From Thraustochytrium aureum (lineage: Eukaryota): a stretch of 43,652 nucleotides of DNA. The notes beneath the pieces are model-generated. The model worked only from the letters and a program-made list of their open reading frames with translations. It made no database searches and was not told the DNA's origin. The position numbers were made by a program, and so were the translations under genes. The stretch's first letter is position 1. Every line of letters starts with the position of its first letter. The stretch is from contig BLSG01000140.1 in assembly GCA_012862495.1 (NCBI GenBank), positions 1-43,652 of the forward strand, read 5' to 3'. Of the stretch, positions 1 to 10,845 are shown piece after piece.

Positions 1-1274
1 TTCTCGCCCGCGCCAAGGTGGATGGGGAGGATCACAGAGCACCCCAGGGCGGTCATCACGAGGATCAGGATGGCAGTCTCGCGATGAAGCGCGAGGTAAA
101 GCGCTCCTTCGCTTCCCAGGTTTTCGAGGTCTTCGCCGCGGCAGTGCCGGAGCCGCGTCGCGTTCATGAACGCGTTGCGCACTACCGAACCCGCTAGAGA
201 GCATCCCGCCGATACCTTGCCGCGCACCGTGGTTTCTCTGGAAACCGAGCGCCGCAAGTACCGCCACACAACGAGCCCGACGACTGGCAGGAAGATTGCA
301 GCGCCAAACACGCACACGTCGGCGATCGAGGCCCAGCCCTGTGGAGGTTGGAACGGCTTGGACGAAATCAGCTTGGCGTTCGTCGAGTCGATTGCCAGCG
401 TTTGGCTCCCGAGCGTGCTGTTGGTCACGACGACGATTCCGTCCCCAATATCCTTGGTGTCTCCAGTGAGTTGTGGCTCAACGCCGAGGCTCACAGTCGG
501 CGGGAGAGGGGTCAGCAGCGTCGCTGTCGCCGTCGGCGGGAACGCGATATTGGCGCTGGCCGTTGGCGGGAACACGACGTTGGTACTCGCCGCGCTCGCC
601 GCACTCGCTCCGCCCTGACCGGCTCCAGGGCCATCCGCAGGATTAATTCTGCCGTTTGTCGAAGGCGGCGCCAAGCTTGGTCCGCCCGACGCCGCTGGCA
701 CTTGGGGAGTCTGAGGAGTTTGCGCTTCTCCAGTGGAAGGAGCGACACCTCCCGCGTTGGCGGTTGGCGGGGCCAAAGCAGCGGGTGCCGGTGCGCTTCC
801 GCCGTCGGGACCCGCCGTCTGGGGTGTACTTGGTTCTCCTTTTGCATTATTGGCGGCTGTCTCTTTTGCCACTTCCTCCGCCTTTTCCTTCTGCGCTGCC
901 TGACCGATCTTTTCGCTCGTCACTAGTGTTGATGGGTCGTGCTTTTTCTCCGGCGATGTGTTTGTCGTCGAGTCGTCAAGGATCTTGGTGGTCGGCTTCG
1001 GCGTCGAAGCAAGGGCGGAGGGGCCTGCCTTTGGCGGAGGACTTGCGCTGGCGACAGCTCCTCCAGGCGAACCAGGAGGCGCGGGGTTCGGACCTGCTGG
1101 GGGCCCGGCGTTCGCGCTCGCACGCGAGTCGGTGCCTCCGGTAGCGGGCACTTCAATCTTGGCAACCTTGATCACGCTCGGCGGCTGGTTTTCAGAGGAC
1201 TGCGCCTCTATCATGACAGGCCCTGCGCTGTTTTGCGGCGACACATCGTTTGTGGCGTCTTCGCCTTGGCTCAT
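1..1274 (-). CDS. OSCA/CSC1/TMEM63-like mechanosensitive channel, 5' part (runs off the left window edge); alternative ATG at 1322
   Basis: Manual minus-strand translation is open from ATG 1274 (or 1322) to base 1: MSQGEDATND..., ~310 aa P/A/S/T-rich, then TM 'WASIADVCVFGAAIFLPVVGLVVWRYLRR', then 'NLGSEGALYLALHRETAILILVMTALGCSVILPIHLGAGE', resembling the RSN1_TM 'G.DA..(Y/F)L.F.R...LP.N' segment. Missing from the ORF track because no stop lies in the window. Confidence 0.7.
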   Translation of the reverse strand, partial: MSQGEDATNDVSPQNSAGPVMIEAQSSENQPPSVIKVAKIEVPATGGTDSRASANAGPPAGPNPAPPGSPGGAVASASPPPKAGPSALASTPKPTTKILDDSTTNTSPEKKHDPSTLVTSEKIGQAAQKEKAEEVAKETAANNAKGEPSTPQTAGPDGGSAPAPAALAPPTANAGGVAPSTGEAQTPQTPQVPAASGGPSLAPPSTNGRINPADGPGAGQGGASAASAASTNVVFPPTASANIAFPPTATATLLTPLPPTVSLGVEPQLTGDTKDIGDGIVVVTNSTLGSQTLAIDSTNAKLISSKPFQPPQGWASIADVCVFGAAIFLPVVGLVVWRYLRRSVSRETTVRGKVSAGCSLAGSVVRNAFMNATRLRHCRGEDLENLGSEGALYLALHRETAILILVMTALGCSVILPIHLGAGE

Positions 1275-1489
1275 TCCCGACAGTGTTGAGGCCGCTCTTG
1301 AACGGTACAAGGCCCTCGGCATAGGTTGCCAGAGCAAGAGCCTCAAACTGCTCCGTTCACCTCGTCACATAACAAAGCTTCCCTCAGCTGCAGTTCGCCT
1401 CGAATGGCCACGTCAACGTCGCCGTTCAAGTTGGTCAAACCCACTTGCAGCCCCGCCTTTCCTCCGGAACGCTGCAAGCGCGTCCAGCT

Positions 1490-1560
1490 GGTTCGGCCTT
1501 GGGCTGGCTCGGCCTTGGGCTGGCTCGGCCTTGGGCTGGCTCGGCCTTGGGCTGGCTCGG
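1490..1560. repeat. 16-bp tandem repeat (GGCTCGGCCTTGGGCT) x~4.5
   Basis: Directly visible: ggttcggccttgggct ggctcggccttgggct x3 ggctcgg. Confidence 0.95.
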
Positions 1561-1870
1561 CTGCGCTTTGGGCTGGTCTGGCTGCACGTAGCTACTTACG
1601 CCGCTCCCTATTCCGCGCCAACTGTGTTCAGTGTAAAACGACCGCCCGAAAACTTGCTGCAGCTGCCCCAGCTTCCCACGCAGCCACGCCAGGCCAGGCC
1701 GGCCTCTGCGCGGAGCGTCCGAGCTCTCCTGCTCGATCTGGCCCGGGGTCCCCTGCCGTACGTAGCGGCTCCTGTGGCGGCAGCAGCGCGGCGTTCCGAG
1801 TCTGCCGCCGCCTGCTCGCCCTCTCTCCAGTCTCCCTTGGGGACCCCGACCCAGCTGGAGCCGGTTGGCC

Positions 1871-2201
1871 TACGTCATGCTTGCGTCATCCGCCAACATA
1901 CACCAGCCCAGTTGTGGTAATCGACACGGTTATTTATTGTACGCCAACCCAGGCGCGACGTTGGAGTGCGTCATGCCTGCGTCATACCCGCGGAAGCACT
2001 CGCTACTAACGAGGGCGTAGATGACGTCATGCACGCGTCACGAAGCAAGGCCCCAGCCCAGTGGCGATTCCCACGTCATGTATTGTGGGGGAAAGGTACA
2101 GATGCGTCATATCCGCTTGCGTCACTAACGCGATAAGGTGAGGGTTCGACGAGTGACGTCATATAGCGGACCAATAATAGAGGGTCAAAGATAATAGAGG
2201 G
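1871..2201. promoter_or_regulatory. Divergent-promoter module: array of CGTCA (CRE-like half sites) followed by two ATAATAGAGGG motifs
   Basis: Ten CGTCA on + strand (1873, 1884, 1969, 1980, 2025, 2036, 2074, 2105, 2120, 2157), two within full TGACGTCA palindromes (2022, 2154). ATAATAGAGGG at 2174 and 2191. Lies between divergent genes; function inferred. Confidence 0.55.
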
Positions 2202-2662
2202 ATTACGATCCGTTTCGCGCGAATGGAGGCGCGCAGCGGCGCTGCGGATGTGGATGTGCAGCGGCGGCGCGCGGTGGCAGACGAGCAAGCTGGCAGACCG
2301 CGCGCGCAAAGCAGGTCGTTTGACGCTGCTGTTTGGCGACGTTTCTGCTTTGCTGCTGGCTGCTGCGGTCGGGATCGCGTGCAGCGCAGACCGACGAGGT
2401 TGGCAACGCGGGTTTTCGGCAGGCTTTGGTGTTGGACGCTGGATTTCGCTCGGGACGCGAGCAGGCCGACGCTTTTGGCCACGGTGAGCCAGGTGAAATC
2501 ACTCACGCTGGCACGCGGCTGTGGAGTCAGGTCCTGGGCGCGCCACTGGCTGCTGTGCGCCGGCTGAAGCTTGGGAGACGCCAGCGGGCGATCAAGCACG
2601 CGCTGGAATCGATCGATCGACCTCTCGCTCGCAGGGAGAGCGCGCGCTGGCCTTGACAGAAG

Positions 2663-5600
2663 ATGAAGCGGCGGAACCATGTAGCTGGCATCACGGGCGA
2701 ATGCGTCGCGACCAAGGTCGACCGAGAGAGGAGCTTCCAGGCCGCGTTTGCTCGGGCAATGCAGCGCGACGCTGTGGAAATCCCATGCCACTCGGAAAGT
2801 GGGTCCGATGCACCGTCAAGACAGGGGCTTCGACACTGTACGGAGGCCGACTCGTACTTGCATGGGGACGGAGGCCGGCCGCTCGTCATCGTCGGCCCTT
2901 CCAGTTGCGGCAAGTCGACCTTCGCTGCGACCTGGAGCGCGGCGAAGAGGAGGCAGCTAAGCGCCTGCACAAGCCTCGAAGAGCGAACCGTCATCGTCGA
3001 CTACTACGTTGGAGCCACGCGCCATTCCGTATTCCTCCAGACAATGTTAGAGCAAGTCTGCCGCCTGGTCGCAGAGCACTTTGGCCTGGACAGCTGGTCG
3101 CCTCCCCCCTCGGAACAAAGCGCCATCGACCAGTTTCGTCGCATCATCCTTACAGTTACGGAAAACCACCAGGGCGTCGTCGTGGTCGTTGTCGACGGTC
3201 TGGAAAACCTCGTCAAAGAGAATGGCGAACCTGCCGCCCTCGGATGGCTCCCGATGCGGCTCGCAGACTCGGTGCGGATACTCGCAACGCTAAACGCAAA
3301 CGACCTGCGCGCCGTGAAACCGAGCAACAACGACAGCCCTGCGGCATTCCTGACACAAGATATAGAACTCAACTGTGCAGCCTCGAAGCCCGAACCGCCT
3401 GACTCGTTTGGCGATGCGGCCTCTGAGGCGGGGTCGTCGAGCGGCATTGGCCAGCAAGCGTCGCCTCACGCAACGAACTCGACGCATTCTGCAGACCTCC
3501 GCGCGAGCACCCGTGAAATGGTCGTACTCGGACAACTTCAAGCCTTTGGGTGCACCGTCTGCCCTTTCGAGTCGCTGAGCACCGATCACGTTGAGCAAGT
3601 TGCAGAGGCCTTTTTGACGGCATGCCAAACGCGCGCCCCGAGCCCGAGGCGCGAGCTTGAGCCGCTACAGGGGGCGAAGGCCTCTACAACTCCGACGAAC
3701 GGAAGCGCTGGGCCAGGGGCGCCAGTACATGGTTGCGCAGTGCTCTTGCGAACGCATCTGCAGGCGCTGCGGAGCAAGTACGACAATGTGCCGTGCGCGG
3801 GCCTCTTGTTTGAGACCGTGCGGGGCGCGCAGCTTGCAGCACGGCTCGGGTACAACGTCAGCGCGCTCTTGCGCGAGTGTACGGCGGACTCGGTCACGAC
3901 AGTTCAGCAGGTCACTGAGCGTATTATTCACTTCTTTGCGCGCGGCAACTACCCTTCAGACGCCGACGTCAAGCGCGCCTGGGAGGAAGCCAGGTCAAGC
4001 CAGGTCTTTCCAGCTCTCGGCGCAACGGCGGGCTTCTCCCCGCTCCCGAGCAAGCGCGACGCAGATCGCAAGAGCCAAGTGCGCGAAATCCTGTTCGGCC
4101 CGGGCGATGGCCCGCGAGGTGGCGCAGACCAAGAAAAAAGCCAAGTGCAGAACCAGCACGGGAGCAAAGGTGATGATGGCTCGGACGAGTACGCCGACGA
4201 CGACTTTGAGCCGGAAGCGGCAAGCCCAACTGTAGCTGTGACAAGCGCGGACGACGGCCTCGCCATTCTTGACCAGATACCTGTATATCTCTTGGGGGGG
4301 CACAAGATCGAGCCACCAAGCGATTGGCTTCTAAAAGCCCTCGGGTTTAACGCGGCCGCGAGGTACGGCCTCACGCGGAAAGAGTGCTACGCAGCCTTGG
4401 AGCGTGGCGCCCAGGCCGAAGCCGAGGCGACGGCTCTTGACGAGGAAGAAAGCAAAACGCAAGACCAGGCTGACAAGGGCTTGCTTGAAGCGGCTGCGCC
4501 GGCGCGACACGAGCTCGCCGACAACTCGCTTGAAAACTGGCTCCTAACGGAGACGCTCGATTCGCCCGGCCCAGCATCTGGTAGTGGCGTGAGCGCCGTC
4601 CACAAGGTTCCGCAAGAGGTCAAGGTCCAGCTGGCGGAGCTTCTGCCCGCCTTCTGCCGCATCCACGTAGGAAGCGTCTCCGCCATGCCCGCCAGCGCAG
4701 CATGTTTGCGAGCTGTTGTGGCTCGATGCATCACTTGCAACGCAGACTACGCCATCTCGGACAGCGCAGCTCGCATTGTCGCCGACCGCATGGATGCTGC
4801 TCGACGCGAGAGGGCTCGCGAGCGGAGCGCTGCGCTGTCAAAGCTCGGCGGCGAGGAGGGTCGGGCCGAGTCGCTCGGTTCTGTCTCTGGGCCTTGCCAA
4901 GCGCTGGCGCTTGTCCACAACGACACCGTCGACCTGGAGTGCGCGGACCTTCCAGCAAGGTGGAGGCTAGTTCTAGCAGAGACGTTCGCTGGGCGCCCAA
5001 CTAGCCAACGAAAAGCTGAAGAGTACCCCTGGCTCCTTGAGTGCAATGGGCGATGGGCTGCGCTTCTGGACTGTATCGTGGACGTTCCGATGTTTATGCT
5101 GCTATGGAGCTCAAACGGTGTGGGCCGGGAGGACCTCATCAGGTATTGGCGGAGGCTTGCAAGCACCTGCAAGAGCCGCGAGGCGGGGATCTGCTATGGC
5201 GAAACGAATGAGGCCGGGGCCGTCTCCGCGCTCGGCAGCATCTTCGAAAACGAGGACGAGGACTGTGCCAGCCGCCACACCTCAACATACGGACGCCAGC
5301 AGACACTCCAAACCATTGCAAGAGCGCTTGCACCGGTTCAAAAGTTCGACCCAGTCGACGAGTATGCTCGAGCGGTCGAAGACTTTGCGGTCTTGTCGGA
5401 CCCTGGCTCTGTGCGAGCCGCTAAAGACCCGGTTGGCTGCGTGACCTTGCTTGGCGGAGTCGTCAGCCGGCTGTGCGAGTTCTTTTGGGCGTTTGGGGAG
5501 CACGAGCACCTCGCACCGCGGTACTTGCATCCACCGGTTGTGGAGGCAGCTCTAGCAGACATCAAGCTCCACCTGCTCCACCGCGACCAGGCCAGGCTTG

Positions 5601-8012
5601 CGTCTGAAGGCCGCCTCGGCCTCAAGTTGGATATCGGCCAAACGCAGGTCGTCCTTCGCAGCATCGCCGAAGCGCGCGACGCCCTCGTTCTCGAACAGCA
5701 CCTCGCGCAGAGGCAGGTTGCCGTCTCGCAAGTGAGCGACAAAGACCGCCGCGAAGAAGTGCAGCAAGTCCGTCGCCGCAAGTCAAAGTTCATCGGCCTC
5801 GTCCTGCGCCAGCAGCAAGCGTTGAGCGACGCAGACGAGGTGAAGAGACAAGCCCACGGTCTCAGATTTGCAGGCAACAAAGACGGCGAGAACTTTTACT
5901 CCTACCAGCGCTGGGTTTGGATGCAGTACCCCATGATGGCCTTGGTTCACGCGAGCACGGTGCAGATTCTGACCAACCGCGACAGGTCCAAGACCGTCGT
6001 GCTGCCGAAAGTTCGCACTTCCAAGGACCTGCTGCAGGCCCTACCAAGTCAGCCCGCGACCCCGCACAAGCGCAGCAGCATTTCGCCCACGGCACCGGGG
6101 CCAGATTGGCCCGCGGACGATTTCTGGGGCCGGAAAAAGCAAGACCCAGCGCTCGACCGGCCCTTGCAGCCGCGCCTCTCGAAGGCGCGCATCGAGCTCG
6201 TTCAGCNNNNNNNNNNNNNNNNNNNNNNNNNNNNNNNNNNNNNNNNNNNNNNNNNNNNNNNNNNNNNNNNNNNNNNNNNNNNNNNNNNNNNNNNNNNNNN
6301 NNNNNNNNNNNNNNNNNNNNNNNNNNNNNNNNNNNNNNNNNNNNNNNNNNNNNNNNNNNNNNNNNNNNNNNNNNNNNNNNNNNNNNNNNNNNNNNNNNNN
6401 NNNNNNNNNNNNNNNNNNNNNNNNNNNNNNNNNNNNNNNNNNNNNNNNNNNNNNNNNNNNNNNNNNNNNNNNNNNNNNNNNNNNNNNNNNNNNNNNNNNN
6501 NNNNNNNNNNNNNNNNNNNNNNNNNNNNNNNNNNNNNNNNNNNNNNNNNNNNNNNNNNNNNNNNNNNNNNNNNNNNNNNNNNNNNNNNNNNNNNNNNNNN
6601 NNNNNNNNNNNNNNNNNNNNNNNNNNNNNNNNNNNNNNNNNNNNNNNCGACAAGGGAATTCCCCCGCAGACGGCGTCGGCCCCGACCTCTTGGCCCCGCT
6701 CACAATCCGCTCGAAAGGCGATCCGGAGATTTTGCGCCGCGGCGTGGGCCCGTTCTTACATGAGGCCCAGCTGCTGCCCGTCAACACCGTCCCGTTCTCC
6801 TCGCCAACAAACCGGACGCTGAATCGCGGGACCAAGTTCCCCACGTTTGAGGCGACGATCAAGGAGCAGGGCAACACGGCCGAGCTCCTCGACATTTTCC
6901 ACGGTGGCATCCTGAACGACGACACAATCCGCGAGACATTTAAAGGGGTCGTGGACGGGACCAACCAGACCAGCGTGGTGGCCTTTGTGTCCAGCAACCT
7001 CCCTGCTCACTTGCAAAGCTATCCGACCACGGAGCAAGACGCTCGCGTCGCGCAGGTCCGGGGCGTAACAGCGCTCCTCCGCAAGGGCCTCGACGAAACG
7101 CGGTTCCTGGCCGACCGCAAGGAGCAGGAACTTGAGCAACTCATGCAGGCGGTCCACGAGCGCAACACGTGGGACCGGTTCACGCAAGAGTGCATGGAGT
7201 CAGGCGAAGACCTCATCGAGCGGCTTCGAAACCGCCGCAAGGCTGTCAGCGAAGACATTGAGCGAGCCGCGCACTCCAACCGTTTCCTCAGCCAAGTCCT
7301 CAACGTTTGCGAGACATACCCTGCTCACGTCGAAAAGCACGTCGTTTTGCTAGAAGAGCGCCTCTCGGCGATGCGCGAAGACAGAGTCTCCCTCGCCAAG
7401 GACCTCGACGAGGTGTTGGTCTTCAACAAGCGCACCATGGAGGTGCAAAGGCCTCAGCTCGAGCACGCGCTCAAGACGCGGACTGACATGCACGAGCAGG
7501 TCCTCAAGCGCCTCGAGCGCTACAGGACCGCACAGCTAGAGAAGGAGGAGTACCGCCGCGCGCGCGACCAGAACCGCCTGGTCATCGCAGCCGGGATTCG
7601 GGCCGAGGCGATCGAGCCTGAAAGCGCCCACAAGGAGTGGTATCGAACGCACAGGCGCATGCTCTTCGCTGAGGTCCTCGCCCCAGACCTCGACAAGGCC
7701 GACCCTAGCCGCCACATGCGCGACCAATTTCGCCGTCTGCGGAAGGCGGCCAAGACCAGCGACCCGGCCACCATATCGGCTAAATTTGCCCTGCAGCCCG
7801 AAAAGACCAGGGAGCTGACGACCGAGCGGCGTGCCGCGCGCGAGCGGCTCGCTGCGCTCAAGTTGAAGCTCAACAATCTCCTGCGCGACCGCGACGCTGC
7901 CGCCCGGGACACTGCGCATGCGCCGACTGCAGCGGAACGGCGCGCCGAGCCTGGCGCGACCACGCTCGAGCAGCTCAGCAAGAACTGCGAGCGGGCTGAG
8001 CTGCGCCTCAAG
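2663..8012 (+). CDS. NACHT-type P-loop NTPase (NPHP3/TTC41-like) with C-terminal coiled coil; spans gap 6207-6647, 3' end lost in gap 8013-8726, start uncertain
   Basis: Walker A 'LVIVGPSSCGKST', Walker B 'VVVVVDGLENL...GWLP', later 'RKAEEYPWLL...DLIRYW' typical of this NACHT group. After the gap ORF 6690+ continues as a heptad-rich E/R/L region. Joining across the gap is inferred. Confidence 0.65.
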
Positions 8013-8728
8013 NNNNNNNNNNNNNNNNNNNNNNNNNNNNNNNNNNNNNNNNNNNNNNNNNNNNNNNNNNNNNNNNNNNNNNNNNNNNNNNNNNNNNNNN
8101 NNNNNNNNNNNNNNNNNNNNNNNNNNNNNNNNNNNNNNNNNNNNNNNNNNNNNNNNNNNNNNNNNNNNNNNNNNNNNNNNNNNNNNNNNNNNNNNNNNNN
8201 NNNNNNNNNNNNNNNNNNNNNNNNNNNNNNNNNNNNNNNNNNNNNNNNNNNNNNNNNNNNNNNNNNNNNNNNNNNNNNNNNNNNNNNNNNNNNNNNNNNN
8301 NNNNNNNNNNNNNNNNNNNNNNNNNNNNNNNNNNNNNNNNNNNNNNNNNNNNNNNNNNNNNNNNNNNNNNNNNNNNNNNNNNNNNNNNNNNNNNNNNNNN
8401 NNNNNNNNNNNNNNNNNNNNNNNNNNNNNNNNNNNNNNNNNNNNNNNNNNNNNNNNNNNNNNNNNNNNNNNNNNNNNNNNNNNNNNNNNNNNNNNNNNNN
8501 NNNNNNNNNNNNNNNNNNNNNNNNNNNNNNNNNNNNNNNNNNNNNNNNNNNNNNNNNNNNNNNNNNNNNNNNNNNNNNNNNNNNNNNNNNNNNNNNNNNN
8601 NNNNNNNNNNNNNNNNNNNNNNNNNNNNNNNNNNNNNNNNNNNNNNNNNNNNNNNNNNNNNNNNNNNNNNNNNNNNNNNNNNNNNNNNNNNNNNNNNNNN
8701 NNNNNNNNNNNNNNNNNNNNNNNNNNCG

Positions 8729-10514
8729 ATGCTACCAACCGGTTGGCAAGTGCTCGCGACGCTCGCCGCGCTCCTCGTGGCCAGCCCTGCGGGCGCTCTG
8801 CGCGAAGCCAGCCAGGTCGCGCAGACTCGAGTCAGGGCGGCGCAGCTCGAGCAGCGCGCGAGCGAACTCCTGCGCGAGGCAGAAGGCGCCTCCTTCCGGG
8901 CGCTCGCGGAGGTCGCTGTCGAGCTTCAGACGCTCAACCAAGACGGCGCCACTCCAGTGCGGCACCGCGCGCTGGCCATCGCGGCTTACGAGCTGGCGCT
9001 CAAGGTGGACGCCCAGAACGCGGACGCCAGCACAGTTCGGCGCAACCTCGCAGACCTGTACCTGCGGACTTCGCGCGGCGAGGAGGCGGTTGGACTCCTC
9101 GGCGAAGAGCTCGCGGCCCAGCGGCGCGAGGGCGCGTCTCCTGACAAGGTCGCCGGTGTCCTTTTAGCGCGCAGCACTGCGTTGCAGCTCTTGGGCGACC
9201 CGGCTGCGGCCCTGGCCGACCTCGTCGAGTGCCTCCTCGCGGACCCTCCCGGGTCGCCACGCGCCGCGAACGCATTTTCCACCTGGCGCCTTGACGAGTT
9301 CGAGCGCTACAAGCCGCCGGGTCTCGAGCACTCGTACGAATGGTTCTTGCAGCAATTCCGAAGGGGCGCTGCGGCCGCGCTGCGAGAAAAAGGCGACAAG
9401 CAAACCGCAATCGAGGCAATGCGGTACTATGCGCTGTTTAACGTCCTCGACCAGCTTGCCGTGGCCCGCCCCTCCAGCACGGCCGCAGCAGAGCGGGCCG
9501 CGCTCGCCGAGGAGGCTTGGATGTGGCTCAGCGTTGGCTCTCGCATCATGCACAAACGCTTGCGCCCCGACGTCGACAAGGTCGAGCATCAGCACGCACT
9601 CATGGCGTCAATTTTTTCCGCCGACCTCGTGGAGACGCATCGCCAGAACGGAATTGGTTTCGAAAGCCCTGACGGGGCGAAGTAGTTTTTGTGGTTGGGC
9701 TGCCGAGGAGCGGCTCGTCCCTGGTGGAGCGCATGCTATCGTCGCACAGCAAGGTGACCGGTCTCGGCGAGGAATCGGAGTTTACCTTTTTCCTGCACAA
9801 GTTTCGCGAGCAGCTAATGCGTACTGCAATGGCGGAGCCCTACGACTTCGCGGGCTTGCAAGCGTGGCTGCAAGTCGAATTGCGTTCCGTGTTTCAAGCC
9901 ATGGCGGAGCGCCACGAGAACCGCGGCTTGGGGAACATCCTGTTCGTGGACAAGATGCTCTTCCACTATGTCAATCTGGGAATGCTGCACGTCGCGCTCC
10001 CTTCTGCCAAGGTCGTTCACGTGTTCAGGCGGGACGCGCGAGACGCTGTCCTCTCGATGTACCGGCGTCAATTTCAGGGCGCCACAGCAGACTGGAGCTA
10101 CCATTTGCCAACGATGGCCCGAGCTCAACGAGCGTACACGACGTTGATGGAGCACTGGCGAAGCGTTCTCCCAGCCGACGCTCTGTTCGAGCTTGCTTAC
10201 GAAGACCTGTGCAAGACCCGAAAGGCGAGGCCGCGCGGCTCGTCGAGTTCATTGGCCTAGATTGGGAGCCTCAGGTCGAGACTTTCTACAGAAGGCGTCA
10301 AGTGGTGCTCACCAATTCGGCGCACCAGGTTTCTCGGCCAGTCTACAACAGTTCGGTCTCTGCATGGCGTATGTACGAGCTGCAATTGGGACCAGAGCTT
10401 GCAAAGGCTGGCCAACAGGGCGTGCCGCCGCCACCACCGTCGAGCCCGGCGAAACAAGGCAGGCGGCCTGATCTGGGCCAGAAGGAGCGCGTCGACGAGC
10501 GCGACGAGCTCTAG
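8729..10514 (+). CDS. Secretory-pathway TPR-like + sulfotransferase (Sulfotransfer_3/TPST-like) protein, two apparent frameshifts (~9682, ~10208)
   Basis: Signal peptide MLPTGWQVLATLAALLVASPAGA, helical TPR-like region ('VRRNLADLYLRTSRGEEAVGLL'), 5'-PSB 'FVVGLPRSGSSLVERML', 3'-PB 'RRDARDAVLSMY', 'YEDLVQDP...FIGLDWE', 'TNSAHQVSRPVYNSSV..W..Y', ends DERDEL*. Confidence 0.85.
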
Positions 10515-10845
10515 CCCTTGCTCGCCGCGGGCCTAACAAAAGCCAAGTTACAAGCGCTGTATTTGCGCGCCGAACCGAGGCCGGGCCTGCCATTCTCGCC
10601 AGTTTGCGCACGCAATCGCGGAACCGCGCCGGACTATTGCATGGCAGCCGGTCTTTCGTCGAGCAGCACCCGGTCTGTTCGGGAGCAAGCGTCACGAATT
10701 GGTACACCCAAGAATGGTTTGTTTGGGGCCAAGTTCTCGTCGCGCGTGCTCAGTCGGCCGCCAGCGTGAGGAATTAATTGGCAACTAGCGATGTCCGGGT
10801 TGACCGCCGAGCTTGTTTGTTGGAATTATTGCGTCTCCCTGCTCC

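Noticed and set aside
1490..1560. Short direct repeats as a CRISPR array
   Set aside because: Units are contiguous with no unique spacers, there are no cas genes, and the context is eukaryotic
166..2009. Plus-strand ORFs 166..618, 348..926, 958..1920, 1326..2009
   Set aside because: Antisense shadows of the minus-strand OSCA-like gene, or GC-rich promoter/repeat read-through
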